A DNA stretch of 60,953 nucleotides, filler included. It is 7 parts of 7 records of this genome, joined end to end, with 100 filler letters (N's around TTAATTAATTAA, not from the genome) between each part and the next. Parts side by side here need not be neighbours in the genome. Positions count along the whole stretch, not along the records: positions 13,155 to 27,351 come from SRR2962707_2595; 6 more parts are not named here. One strand, given 5' to 3'. The notes under the pieces were generated by a model that made no database searches, was not told where the DNA came from, and worked only from the letters and a program-made list of their open reading frames with translations. Below, piece after piece: positions 13,668-24,018 of the stretch; position 1 is the first letter of the stretch, and every line of letters begins with the position of its first letter. Made by a program: the position numbers and the translations under genes.

Positions 13668-14228
13668 TTAGGCAGCTTCGCGGTCATGTTTGCCTTCTTC
13701 GACCTCTTCAACGATCTTCGCGATGAACGCGTCCAGATCTTCGGGCGAACGGCTGGTGATAATCGCTTGATCCACCACAACTTCGCTATCCTCAAAATGC
13801 GCGCCGGCATTTTTCAAATCGGTGGCGATCGACGCATAAGATGTCGCTTTGCGCCCTTCGATCAGGCCCGCCTCGATCAGCAACCAAGGGGCGTGGCAGA
13901 TGGCGGCAATCGGCTTGCCAGAAGCGCCGAATTCTTTGATCAACGCAACAACGTCTTTGTTGGCACGCAGAATGTCAGGGTTCATTTGACCGCCCGGCAG
14001 GACGAGGGCGTTGTAATCAGCGACACTTACGTCAGCCAGCGCCTTGTCGGCGGGGACGGTGTTGCCCCAATCCTTTTGATCCCAGCCTTTGATATCCTCG
14101 CCGTCCGGGGTCACGACATGTACGGTCGCACCTTTGGCGCGCAGGTCGTTCAGTGGGCGCTCAAGCTCGGATTGCTCGAAACCGTTGGTTGAAAGGATCA
14201 TGATCTTTGCGTTTGAAATCTGTGTCAT
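13668..14228 (-). CDS. PfpI/DJ-1 family (type 1 glutamine amidotransferase-like) protein
   Basis: GFEQSEL, LVLPGG..NPD.LR, AAICHAPW, TSRSPEDL; GGAG RBS before ATG at 14228. Confidence 0.92.
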   Translation of the reverse strand: MTQISNAKIMILSTNGFEQSELERPLNDLRAKGATVHVVTPDGEDIKGWDQKDWGNTVPADKALADVSVADYNALVLPGGQMNPDILRANKDVVALIKEFGASGKPIAAICHAPWLLIEAGLIEGRKATSYASIATDLKNAGAHFEDSEVVVDQAIITSRSPEDLDAFIAKIVEEVEEGKHDREAA

Positions 14229-14394
14229 CGTTACTCTCCTTTTATGCTCGTTACTTGCTTGTCCGTCCCAACACTTGCGCGGCGAAATCGTTCCAGCCCG
14301 CAACCAAGGAATGCCCGGTCAGAGCCGTGTTTTCATGACTATTTCGTGTGCGGATTTGGATATCATATGCCGAAATACACTGTATAAACACGCT

Positions 14395-15042
14395 ATGAAG
14401 GACACCGTTGATCATGACACACAAATTCCCCTGACAGAGCTTATCGTCTGTCCGAAATGTGATGCCGTGTATCATCTGAAAATCCCGAAAATGGGCGAAA
14501 AGGCCGTTTGCGAGCGATGCCACGCCTTGCTGATCGCGCCGCGGCACAAAGCGGGTCTGATTATCATCGCCATCTCAATTGCGACGTTCATTTTGATCAT
14601 CGGTGCTGCGTTTTTTCCGTTCCTTGATATCGACGCGGCGGGCAACAAAAATTCGGTTTCGGTTATCGACGCTGCATTGGCGTTTTCCAGCGGGCCGCTG
14701 TTGTTGCTGGCATTGGCGACCGCCGGTTTGATCCTGTTCGTGCCGTTAATCCGGGTGATGATTACGCTATACGTGCTGGTGCCTATCGTGCTGGATTTAC
14801 CCCCGGCCCGATACGCAATGCAGGCCTTTCGCGCATCCGAAGCTTTGCGTCCGTGGTCGATGGCCGAAATCTTTGCATTGGGCTGCGCCGTTGCACTGAT
14901 CAAAATCGCAGATCTGGCAACGGTCGGGTTTGGCCCGGCGTTCTGGATGTTTGGCGGTTTGGTGGTTCTGGTCGTCGCCCAAGAGAACTTTATTTGTAGA
15001 TGGTCGGTATGGAATTCACTGGAACACCCCAAAAAATCCTGA
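14395..15042 (+). CDS. pqiA: Paraquat-inducible protein A (first copy)
   Basis: CPKCD..CERC zinc motif, TM helices, PWSMAEIF. Confidence 0.88.
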   Translation: MKDTVDHDTQIPLTELIVCPKCDAVYHLKIPKMGEKAVCERCHALLIAPRHKAGLIIIAISIATFILIIGAAFFPFLDIDAAGNKNSVSVIDAALAFSSGPLLLLALATAGLILFVPLIRVMITLYVLVPIVLDLPPARYAMQAFRASEALRPWSMAEIFALGCAVALIKIADLATVGFGPAFWMFGGLVVLVVAQENFICRWSVWNSLEHPKKS

Positions 15043-15659
15043 GCGCGCGCCAGATGGGCCTTGTGGCCTGTACCCGCTGCACCAAAGCATGGCCTGTTGG
15101 TACCCAGAGCTGTGGGCGCTGCGGGCATAAACTGGTGTCGCGTGACTATGGCAGTCTGCAACGCGTCTGGGCGTTCTGGGTCGTGGGATTGATGTGTTAT
15201 ATCCCTGCGAATGTGTACCCGATGCTGCGCACCAAGACGCTGTTTCAGAACGAAGAAAGCACGATTATTGGTGGTGCCGTCGACCTGGCCCACCATGGCG
15301 CAATTGGAATCGCGTTTATCATTTTGCTGGCTTCGGTCGTCATTCCGCTGGCCAAATTCTGGGCCATTGCGTTCCTTGCGATCAGCGTCAAAAGCCGCCG
15401 TATGGCATCAAACCATGCGCGGCATTTCATGTACGAAATCGTCGAATACATTGGCCGCTGGTCAATGATCGATATCTTTGTGGTTGCGATTTTATCATCT
15501 CTGGTGCAACTCAAGACACTAGCCACTATCAATCCCGGTCCGGCGAGCATGTTCTTCGCAATTTCGGTGATTTTCACTATGCTTTCGGCGCAGGCTTTCG
15601 ATTCCCGTATGATCTGGGATGACCAAGCAGAGGATGGGGATTCCACGCAAGATGACTAA
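15009..15659 (+). CDS. pqiA: Paraquat-inducible protein A (second copy)
   Basis: CTRC..CGRC, YIPANVYP, IGRWSMIDIFVV, FDSRMIWD; start uncertain. Confidence 0.9.
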   Translation: MEFTGTPQKILSARQMGLVACTRCTKAWPVGTQSCGRCGHKLVSRDYGSLQRVWAFWVVGLMCYIPANVYPMLRTKTLFQNEESTIIGGAVDLAHHGAIGIAFIILLASVVIPLAKFWAIAFLAISVKSRRMASNHARHFMYEIVEYIGRWSMIDIFVVAILSSLVQLKTLATINPGPASMFFAISVIFTMLSAQAFDSRMIWDDQAEDGDSTQDD

Positions 15660-17736
15660 TACACCACCCGATGTGCCGATTAAATCCGCGCGCAAGATAT
15701 TTCTAAGCGGCGCTTCGATTGTCTGGATCATCCCACTTCTCGCGCTTTTGGTTGCATTGGGCGTCGCCTGGCAAAGCTATAACGCGCGCGGGCCGCAAAT
15801 TTTCGTTGAGTTCGAAAAAGGTGCCGGCATCAAGGCGGGTGAAACTGAATTGCGGTTCCGCGATGTGACCATTGGCCGGGTCGAGGCAGTCGGGTTTTCC
15901 GAAGGGTTGGGCAAGGTGGTCGCAACGATACGCGTCGACAAGGATGTTGCTCCCTATATCGACAACAGTGCCTCGTTCTGGATCGTCCAGCCCGAAGTAT
16001 CTGCCCAAGGCATCACCGGCCTAAGCACCGTTTTGAGCGGAGTTTATATCGAAGGGTCCTGGAACGATGAAATCGGCACATTTGCAGATCGTTTCAGCGG
16101 TGCCGATTCTGCGCCCCTGATCCGCACTGGACAAACCGGTTTGCAGATCGCGTTTCGCACAGTGGGGAATGGCCAGCTGACCGATGACGCGCCGATCCTG
16201 TATCGCGGCATCGAAGTGGGCCGTCTGGGCAAGGCCGAGATTGCGCCTCGTGGTAATTTCGCAATCGTCGAGGCGCTGATTTATGAAGAGCACCGCAATC
16301 TGGTGAACAGCTCTACCCGGTTTTGGGATAGTTCGGGGTTCAGTGTCTCAATTGGTCCCGGCGGTGCCGAGATTGATTTTGCATCAATCGCCACGCTGAT
16401 CGGTGGGGGCGTCACCTTTGATACCTTTGTTTCTGGCGGCGGCCGTGTTCAAGACGGTACGGTTTTCGAGATTTTCCCAAGCAAAGAAGAAGCACGCAAC
16501 GCCGTGTTCAATTCGTCCGCGGTTGAGCCGGTCGAGCTTAGTGTGATCTTTGACGAGAACATTTCTGGTCTGGCGGTTGGTGCCGTGGTTGAGCTGAGCG
16601 GCTTGAACATTGGTCAAGTCGAAGCGCTGTCTGGGATTGTGGATTATAACCAGTTTGGCGACAGCCGGGTTCGGTTGAACGCGACCCTGTCCATCCAGCC
16701 TGCGCGCCTTGGTTTGCCGGGCGAAGTATCCGCAGAAAGCGCGTTGGAGTTTTTGCAAGATCGGGTGGCCAACGGATTGCGGGCACGTCTGGCCAGCGCC
16801 AGCTTGCTGACGGGTGGCCTTAAGGTGGAAATGATCGTGGTCGAGGATGCCCCGTTTGCGCGGCTGGAAGCGACGCCGGATAGTTTACCTGTCATGCCAA
16901 CCACCAAGAACGAAACCTCCGACGCAGCCGCAACTGTCGAAGGTGTATTTACCCGTATCAACAACCTCCCCATCGAGGAATTGCTGAACAGTGCAATCGG
17001 CCTGATGAACTCCGCTCAGGCGTTTATTGGCAGTGATGAATTGCAACAAACACCGAAAGATGTGCGGACCTTGATCAACGAAGTCACAGGGTTGGTGTCG
17101 TCCGATTCAGTTAAGAATATCCCGGTCTCGTTGAATGCGACATTGTCGCGGGTGGAAACACTGGTTGCAACGCTTGAGCAAGAGCAAATGGCAACGCGCC
17201 TGTTGGATGCGTTGGACGCCGTGTCGAGCGCGGCGGATGGGTTTTCGACATCTGTCGAAGGCGTGCCTGATCTCATTACAGAAGTGCAAGCGGTTGCCGC
17301 CAAAGCCAGCGAGCTTGAGCTTCAGCAATTGGTGGATGAGCTGACCAATTTGACCCGTTCGGCAGAGGCTGTCGTTGGCACGCCAGATGCAGTTGCCCTG
17401 CCGGGATCGCTGAAAAATGCCTTGGATGAGCTGAACTATACCTTGCAAGAATTGCGCGAGGGCGGCGCGGTTGAAAACGTCAATCAAACATTGGCGTCTG
17501 CACGCAATGCGGCGGATAATATCGCTGTGTCTGCAAAAGATTTGCCGCAGATCGTTGAGCGGCTATCGTCCCTGTTCGATCAGGCCAGCCGTACGATCGA
17601 AGGCTATGATCAAGGCGAGAAGATCAGCCGTTCCGCACAGGAAACCCTGCGGGATATCCAAAAAGCGGCTGACGCGCTTGCATCTTTGGCCAAGACCATT
17701 GAACGTAATCCAAACTCGCTATTGCTGGGACGGTAG
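15652..17736 (+). CDS. pqiB: PqiB MCE-domain intermembrane lipid transport protein
   Basis: WIIP, multiple MlaD/MCE domains (GITGLSTVLSGVYIE, TRFW), GLRARL..ASLLTG, ERNPNSLLLGR. Confidence 0.92.
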   Translation: MTNTPPDVPIKSARKIFLSGASIVWIIPLLALLVALGVAWQSYNARGPQIFVEFEKGAGIKAGETELRFRDVTIGRVEAVGFSEGLGKVVATIRVDKDVAPYIDNSASFWIVQPEVSAQGITGLSTVLSGVYIEGSWNDEIGTFADRFSGADSAPLIRTGQTGLQIAFRTVGNGQLTDDAPILYRGIEVGRLGKAEIAPRGNFAIVEALIYEEHRNLVNSSTRFWDSSGFSVSIGPGGAEIDFASIATLIGGGVTFDTFVSGGGRVQDGTVFEIFPSKEEARNAVFNSSAVEPVELSVIFDENISGLAVGAVVELSGLNIGQVEALSGIVDYNQFGDSRVRLNATLSIQPARLGLPGEVSAESALEFLQDRVANGLRARLASASLLTGGLKVEMIVVEDAPFARLEATPDSLPVMPTTKNETSDAAATVEGVFTRINNLPIEELLNSAIGLMNSAQAFIGSDELQQTPKDVRTLINEVTGLVSSDSVKNIPVSLNATLSRVETLVATLEQEQMATRLLDALDAVSSAADGFSTSVEGVPDLITEVQAVAAKASELELQQLVDELTNLTRSAEAVVGTPDAVALPGSLKNALDELNYTLQELREGGAVENVNQTLASARNAADNIAVSAKDLPQIVERLSSLFDQASRTIEGYDQGEKISRSAQETLRDIQKAADALASLAKTIERNPNSLLLGR

Positions 17737-17739
17737 AAC

Positions 17740-18303
17740 ATGAACGTCGTAAAAACTATCGCAACTCTGGGGCTGCTCTTGACGGTGGTCGCATGCGGGT
17801 CCGCTGACCGCTATGCTGTAACGCTTCCCCCCATAACAGAAACCGTGCGCATCGCATTCCGGTCAGTCGAGGTGCGCGATGTATCCTTGCCCAGCTATGC
17901 AGCCGCTGACGAGATCCACATCCGTCAGAATGATGGCACATTGGTCAGCTCGACTGACACGCTATGGGCAGATGCCCCTGAACGGGCAGTCGCACTTGAG
18001 ATCAGCGAAAGCTTGTCCCGGTTGACCGGCAGGCCAATCGCGTCAGAGCCATGGCCCTTTGAAGCCTATCCGGACGCCCGGTTAGAGCTGCGCTTTACCG
18101 AGCTATTGGCGACCGAAACAGGACAGTTCCGCGCGACCGGGCAATACTTTGTCGCGGTTTCAGGGGGCGGTAGAGAACGGTCGGGTCTGTTTGATCAAAG
18201 CGTACAGTTCGATCCCAAAAGCGGCCCCGCAGGCATTGCCAGCGCCCGCGGTCAGCTGATCTTTAAGCTTGCAGAATTTATTGCCAAAGAAGGATTGAAG
18301 TAA
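17740..18303 (+). CDS. pqiC: PqiC-family outer-membrane lipoprotein
   Basis: Lipobox VVAC, VSLPSY, LWADAP; directly follows pqiB. Confidence 0.85.
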   Translation: MNVVKTIATLGLLLTVVACGSADRYAVTLPPITETVRIAFRSVEVRDVSLPSYAAADEIHIRQNDGTLVSSTDTLWADAPERAVALEISESLSRLTGRPIASEPWPFEAYPDARLELRFTELLATETGQFRATGQYFVAVSGGGRERSGLFDQSVQFDPKSGPAGIASARGQLIFKLAEFIAKEGLK

Positions 18304-18536
18304 AAGGATGGATTATGCGCGGCGAGCAAATGCGCATAATATAACTTTATGTTGAAATTCTCGCCTAACCCGTTAGTAGTCCGTCAAATATTTAGGGGTG
18401 TCGTAATCGTAGACACCCGATGGGATTGCACGGCTTGTGCGGGCGAAATTTTATCAATTGAGCTTTTGTTTATATGATTTGGTAGCGGCTGGCCTCCACC
18501 GAATTGGCTTATGATTTTAAGGACGACAGGAATACG

Positions 18537-20666
18537 ATGAGCGACACTTTGCAAAAAAACCACGGCGGCAATGAAGTCGAAGAAGGCACGATCGACATTA
18601 CCGCCCTGATTAGAACGTTGTGGCGGGGCAAGGGGATCATCGCCCTCGTAACGATTTGTGCTGTGGGCTTGGCGATATATTACGCCTTCTTTAAAGCTGT
18701 TCCCATGTACCACGCTACGGCTGTCGTTATCATGGAAACCTCGCAGGACAACGTTGCCGGCCTGCCATCAATCGGCGGTGGACTTTCTGGTGAGAATACC
18801 GAGGTCAATACCGAGGTCGAAGTTTTGAGATCGCGCGGCCTTGCCGAGAAAGTGGTCAAACGTCTGGACCTTATCGATGACCCGGAATTTAATGCCGATC
18901 TCAGAGATTTGTCACTTATTGGACGCGGTGTTAAGGTGATCCAGTCCGTTATTGGTTCGGGCATGTCCGATGAGATGGCGCAAGATGAGGCGTTACAGCA
19001 AAATAGAATTCGCGATAATGTAACAGAGCAATTGCTGCGCCAAATATCCGTCAGCAATATACGCCAAAGCTTGGTCTTCAATATCTCTGCGGAAACTCAG
19101 TCGTCCGTGAAGTCTGCTAAGATCGCGAATACATTCGCCGAAACTCATATTCAGAACCAGCTCGAAGTAAAATTTACCGCTACTGAGCAGGCCACAGAGT
19201 GGTTGAGCAACCGCGTATCTGAACTGCAAATCGAGCTTGAGACCGCCGAAAAGAAAGTAACGAGCTTTACAGCACAGACGCAGCTTGTGTCGAGCGAGGG
19301 TCTGCAAGCGCTTGAACGGCAAATCAAAGAAATGCGAGATCGGATTTCGGATGCCGAGATATCGAAAGTCGAACTCGAACTTACCCTGAGCGCCTTAAAT
19401 TCAGCCCAAACCGTCGATGAAAAGCTAACTGCTGCAAAAGATGCCACACTGAGCCGGATCGCGAGTGATGGTTTGACGTCGGAAGCACGCCAAAAAGCGT
19501 TTGATCTGCGCTACCAGACAATTTTGAACCGCGTTCAGAGCGATATCATGAGATCCGAACAGCAATTGACCGCGATGCGGCTTTCGGAAACTGATTTGGG
19601 TAAACAGGTCGAAAGCCAAGGCCAAGACCTCATTGTGCTGCAGCAGCTAACCCGTGAATCTGAGGCAACCCGCCTTTTGTATGAGTATTTTCTGACTCGT
19701 CTGAAAGAGACATCCGCACAGAAAGGCATTCAGAAAGCTGACAGTCGAATTTTGTCGAACGCCGTTGTGCCTGCGGTACCAAGCGCACCGAAGAAAGCAC
19801 GGATCGTAGTGCTTGCGATGATCCTTGGAGCCATGATCGGTTCGGGTCTCGTATTACTGCGCGAATTCAGAATGAGCACATTCCGCACGGCAGATGACCT
19901 TGAGAGCCACACAGGCTTTAACGTTTTGGGGCAAGTGCCGCTTATTCCTACACGAGGGCGTCAAGATACCTTGCAGTACCTTTCCGACAAACCGACTTCG
20001 GCTGCGGCGGAGGCAATTCGCAACCTGAGGACGTCTTTGATGCTTTCGAGTGCGGATAAGAAACCTCAGGTCATTGTGTCGACCTCGTCCATTCCGGGCG
20101 AGGGCAAGACAACTGTCTCGCTCTCTTTGGCGAAATTTCTGTCAGGCCTTGGAAAGTCGGTTCTGTTGATCGAGGGCGACATCAGACGTCGGACATTGAA
20201 CGAATACTTCCCCACGCTGCCGACAACAGGTATCGCATCTGTTTTGAACCGAGATGTTGATTTTGCGGATGCTATTCATCGCCCAAAAGGCTTTGACGTC
20301 GATGTTCTGGCCGGCGAAAAGACGAATGTGAATGCGGCTGATGTCTTTTCGTCTGATACGTTCAAAGAGTTCATCGCCGATATGCGCAAACGATATGATT
20401 ATATCATCATCGATACGCCACCCGTATTGGTGGTTCCTGATGCACGTATCATTTCTGAAAATGCCGACGCGATCCTATTCTCGGTGAAATGGGATAGCAC
20501 CAGCAAGGCGCTTTTGGACGAATCTATGCGCGTTTTCAACAATTCAAACCAACGTATTACTGGGTTTGTATTGAGCCAGATAAACGAAAAAGCGATGCGC
20601 AAATATGGTCATGGCGGCAAGGGTGGTGCCTTTTCTCAGTACGGAAAAGGGTACTACGATATCTAA
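18537..20666 (+). CDS. Wzc/GumC-family polysaccharide co-polymerase with tyrosine autokinase
   Basis: Two TM segments, coiled coil, Walker A PGEGKTT, LLIEGDIRR, IIIDTPP, C-terminal Tyr cluster. Confidence 0.93.
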   Translation: MSDTLQKNHGGNEVEEGTIDITALIRTLWRGKGIIALVTICAVGLAIYYAFFKAVPMYHATAVVIMETSQDNVAGLPSIGGGLSGENTEVNTEVEVLRSRGLAEKVVKRLDLIDDPEFNADLRDLSLIGRGVKVIQSVIGSGMSDEMAQDEALQQNRIRDNVTEQLLRQISVSNIRQSLVFNISAETQSSVKSAKIANTFAETHIQNQLEVKFTATEQATEWLSNRVSELQIELETAEKKVTSFTAQTQLVSSEGLQALERQIKEMRDRISDAEISKVELELTLSALNSAQTVDEKLTAAKDATLSRIASDGLTSEARQKAFDLRYQTILNRVQSDIMRSEQQLTAMRLSETDLGKQVESQGQDLIVLQQLTRESEATRLLYEYFLTRLKETSAQKGIQKADSRILSNAVVPAVPSAPKKARIVVLAMILGAMIGSGLVLLREFRMSTFRTADDLESHTGFNVLGQVPLIPTRGRQDTLQYLSDKPTSAAAEAIRNLRTSLMLSSADKKPQVIVSTSSIPGEGKTTVSLSLAKFLSGLGKSVLLIEGDIRRRTLNEYFPTLPTTGIASVLNRDVDFADAIHRPKGFDVDVLAGEKTNVNAADVFSSDTFKEFIADMRKRYDYIIIDTPPVLVVPDARIISENADAILFSVKWDSTSKALLDESMRVFNNSNQRITGFVLSQINEKAMRKYGHGGKGGAFSQYGKGYYDI

Positions 20667-20781
20667 CCCTCCACTGTGGATCTGCCCAGAAAAAGACAGA
20701 TTCATACCTTTGCCTCGCCTTAGGTTCGACGCGGTTATGTACAATATTTAGCTGGGAATCATTCCCAGTGAGGTCTTGAAC

Positions 20782-21789
20782 ATGGCACGTACGAAAGAAA
20801 TCCTTACCGCTGCAGGCACCTTTGGCTGTGCCTTGGGCATAGGTTTTATCATGCAAAACTCTGACGCTGCCACTGAACGGTATGGGGCGGCGTCAGCGGT
20901 GGAAGCCCGTGAAAGCTCACTCCAATCATTGGATGCTGAAACGTCGATCCTCGAAGTACAGGACATCGAACTGACATCGGCTACTTTTGATGTCCAAGCG
21001 GATCAGATTGACGGTGTGGCACCCAGCTCAGACACCCAAGTAACTTTGGCTGCGGTATCCGGGACAGAGGATCCTGCGGTCGAATTAACACCACAACCCG
21101 CCCCCGCTGCATGTGAAATAATTGCCGATGCGCGCCCCATGGCCGCTGCGATGGTAAACCTTACGCTTGATGCGGCTTGCCTACCCAACGAACGGATCAC
21201 CATCCACCACAGCGGCATGATCTTCACGCAGACGACATCGCCCACTGGCAGCCTGAACATCAATGTTCCCGCGCTTAGCGAAACGGCGGTTTTCGTCTTC
21301 GCTTTTGGTAATGGGGATGGGGCCGTTGCACAGGCCAAGGTCGAAGACCTAGCAGATTTTGACCGGATGGTTCTGCAATGGAAAGAGGCCGCTGGTTTTC
21401 AAATGCACGCGTTCGAGTTTGGCGCTGGCTATGATGACGCCGGGCATGTCTGGTCCGGTAATCCACGTGATATGGCGTCTGCAATCATGGGCGAAGGTGG
21501 CTTTGTCACGCTGAACGGTGACATCAACGCTACTGCGCCGATGCTGGCCGAGGTGTATACATTTCCTGTCGACAGCGAAGGTCACGATGGCAGCGTCGTG
21601 CTGACCGTTGAGGCCGAGGTAACGAACGCCAATTGCGGGCAAGAAATCGAAGCCCAGACGCTGGAGCTGAATTCGAACGATAGCATCCGAACACGCGATT
21701 TAACCTTAGCTGTCCCGGATTGTGACGCATTAGGCAGCTTTCTGGTGTTGAATAATCTGTTCGAAGACCTGAAAGTTGCCAGCAACTAA
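20782..21789 (+). CDS. Conserved exported/membrane-anchored acidic hypothetical protein
   Basis: N-terminal hydrophobic anchor, beta-rich C-terminal region with Cys pairs; 16 bp upstream of the PstS-OmpA gene. Confidence 0.7.
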   Translation: MARTKEILTAAGTFGCALGIGFIMQNSDAATERYGAASAVEARESSLQSLDAETSILEVQDIELTSATFDVQADQIDGVAPSSDTQVTLAAVSGTEDPAVELTPQPAPAACEIIADARPMAAAMVNLTLDAACLPNERITIHHSGMIFTQTTSPTGSLNINVPALSETAVFVFAFGNGDGAVAQAKVEDLADFDRMVLQWKEAAGFQMHAFEFGAGYDDAGHVWSGNPRDMASAIMGEGGFVTLNGDINATAPMLAEVYTFPVDSEGHDGSVVLTVEAEVTNANCGQEIEAQTLELNSNDSIRTRDLTLAVPDCDALGSFLVLNNLFEDLKVASN

Positions 21790-21805
21790 ACAAAGCTGAG
21801 GTCAC

Positions 21806-23368
21806 ATGCTCACTACTTTACGTGCGGCGGTTTTCGCCGCACTTTTCCTATTTGGCGGTGCAGTACAGGTGGCGGCGCAAGATGTGGCGCTCACCTCACG
21901 TGATGGCAAAATTGAACTTAGCGGTACACTGCTTGGCTTTGATGGCGAATTCTACCGGATCGAAACTGAATATGGCGAACTGACCGTAGATGGCTCAGGT
22001 GTTCAATGCGCGGGGCCAGGGTGCCCAAGCCTTGAGAACTATGTCGCTGAACTGCAATTGTCTGGGTCAGCGACGATGGGACAGGTGTTGATGCCGGCCC
22101 TGATTGATGCCTTTGCAAAACGCAGCGGATACCGCGCCTCGCGTCATGACGGCGAAGACAACCGTTTTACCTATCAATTGGAAGACGAAAAAACCAACGA
22201 AACCGTCGGGCGGTTCATGTTTCACGCTAGCAACACAGACGAAGGTTTTGCAGATTTATTGGCAGATGAAGCCGATATTGTGATGTCGCTGCGTGAAATG
22301 CGCCCGCATGAACGGCAACGTGCCCGCGAGGCGGGGTTTGGCGATATGACAGGCCTGAACCGCAGTCGCGTGCTGGCCCTTGATGCGGTCGTACCCGTCG
22401 TGTCGCCGTCCAATCCGGTGAAATCGATTTCTCCGGCGGTATTGGCCCAGATTTTTGCGGGCGAAATTACAAACTGGCAAGCCATCGGAGGCCCCGATGC
22501 GCCTATTGATCTGCATTTGCCCAGCGACAGCAGTGGCTTGGCGCAGGCGATTACGGATCAGGTGCTGCGCCCCGCTGGTCTTGCGCTTTCGGCAGGTATT
22601 ACCCGCCATGCCTTCCCCGAGGATCTTGCGAACACCGTGGCGGGCGATACTTTTGCCTTGGGGATCACAAGCTATGCCGAGCGGCGTAAAACTGATGTGC
22701 TGACGCTCACAGGTGGCTGTGGTTTTGCGCTAGATGTGACCCGCAGGACCATTAAAACCGAAGATTATCCCCTGACCGCGCCCATGTTTTTATACTTTCC
22801 GGCGCGGCGCTTGCCGCAGCTGGCACGGGATTTCTTGTCCTTTACCCGCAGCCCCACAGCGCAGATCGTGATCCGCCGTGCGGGATTTGTGGATCAAACC
22901 CCCGAGGAAATCCCGATCGATGCACAGGGTAATCGTTTTGCCAATGCAATCAGCGTTGCAGGGCCGGAAACCACCTTGGAAGAACTGCAACGTATGACCG
23001 CGACATTGACCCCGATGGCGCGCCTGTCCACGACGTTCCGTTTTGAGGCCGGGTCGGTTCGGCTGGACGCACAATCACGATCCAACGTGCAACAACTGGC
23101 CCGCGCGCTGGAGCTTGGTCAGTATGATGCGCGTCGTTTGTTGTTTGTGGGGTTCAGCGATGGCGAAGGTGCTGCGCGCGCGAACCGTGAAATTGCCCTG
23201 CGCCGCGCCGAGGCCGTGCGCCGGGCAGTGACAACCGCCGCAGTGACCGTCAATCTGGACCGCGTGACACTGGATGTAGATGCCTATGGTGAAGCGATGC
23301 CAATGGCCTGCGATGACAGCTCTTGGGGGCGTCAGGCAAACCGGCGCGTCGAAGTATGGGTGCGTTAG
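21806..23368 (+). CDS. PstS-like binding domain fused to OmpA C-terminal peptidoglycan-binding domain
   Basis: Signal peptide; LSGSATMG, VLALDAVVPVV, EDYPLT; OmpA VGFSD..N.EIALRRAEAV..NRRVEVW. Confidence 0.88.
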   Translation: MLTTLRAAVFAALFLFGGAVQVAAQDVALTSRDGKIELSGTLLGFDGEFYRIETEYGELTVDGSGVQCAGPGCPSLENYVAELQLSGSATMGQVLMPALIDAFAKRSGYRASRHDGEDNRFTYQLEDEKTNETVGRFMFHASNTDEGFADLLADEADIVMSLREMRPHERQRAREAGFGDMTGLNRSRVLALDAVVPVVSPSNPVKSISPAVLAQIFAGEITNWQAIGGPDAPIDLHLPSDSSGLAQAITDQVLRPAGLALSAGITRHAFPEDLANTVAGDTFALGITSYAERRKTDVLTLTGGCGFALDVTRRTIKTEDYPLTAPMFLYFPARRLPQLARDFLSFTRSPTAQIVIRRAGFVDQTPEEIPIDAQGNRFANAISVAGPETTLEELQRMTATLTPMARLSTTFRFEAGSVRLDAQSRSNVQQLARALELGQYDARRLLFVGFSDGEGAARANREIALRRAEAVRRAVTTAAVTVNLDRVTLDVDAYGEAMPMACDDSSWGRQANRRVEVWVR

Positions 23369-23973
23369 CGAAACTGCGGCGGGTCGTATTTCAATAGCAC
23401 CGGCACAACCAATTCTTCCTCGTCCGTAAGGTGACGGTTCAACATCGGACGAAAGGCATCAAGCTGTCCCTTCAGCGCCGCCGTCGCATCAATAAACCCG
23501 CCCGCTGCGCCGTCATGTTGCAAGACGCTATTGGCGCTATTTGCTAGATTTGACAGGATGCCATCAAGGCTGTGATGGTCCGCATCCAGAATATCAAAGC
23601 CCCTCTCTGCGCTTTTCTCGAGCTTTGCCATCACGGGGAAATACTGGGCGTCTTCGATTTGATGATGCCCATGCAGCTGGTTGATCAGCATCCCGCCAAA
23701 CCGATGCAGTTTACGCTTGTATTGCTCGGGCGCTTCATGCCCGTCTAGCGCCGATTTTGCATCACTGTCCAATTGATCCAGCAGCCGGCGGAACATCAGG
23801 TGCCGGTCCAGCCAGAACGCGATGAGCTGTGAATAGTTGGGGTTTTGCACCCATCCGGCACGCGGATACGCCTCGATCAGGCTGCGAAGCGCATCAGGCA
23901 GGCCGCTGCGTTGCGATAGGGATAATTCGTCCGGAACTGGCATATCAATCATACTATGGGTCATATCGGGCAT
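23365..23973 (-). CDS. Hemerythrin-like (HHE) domain protein
   Basis: WLDRHLMFR, LHGHHQIEDAQYFP, LDADHH, RHLTDEEELVVP. Confidence 0.85.
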   Translation of the reverse strand: MPDMTHSMIDMPVPDELSLSQRSGLPDALRSLIEAYPRAGWVQNPNYSQLIAFWLDRHLMFRRLLDQLDSDAKSALDGHEAPEQYKRKLHRFGGMLINQLHGHHQIEDAQYFPVMAKLEKSAERGFDILDADHHSLDGILSNLANSANSVLQHDGAAGGFIDATAALKGQLDAFRPMLNRHLTDEEELVVPVLLKYDPPQFR

Positions 23974-24018
23974 AATGGATGCCGTAAATTCTGCATTTCT
24001 GAACAGACCAGTCGCGGT

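Noticed and set aside
14395-15659. Two overlapping pqiA ORFs as a frameshifted pseudogene
   Set aside because: Each has its own zinc motif and complete PqiA domain; split pqiA pairs are common
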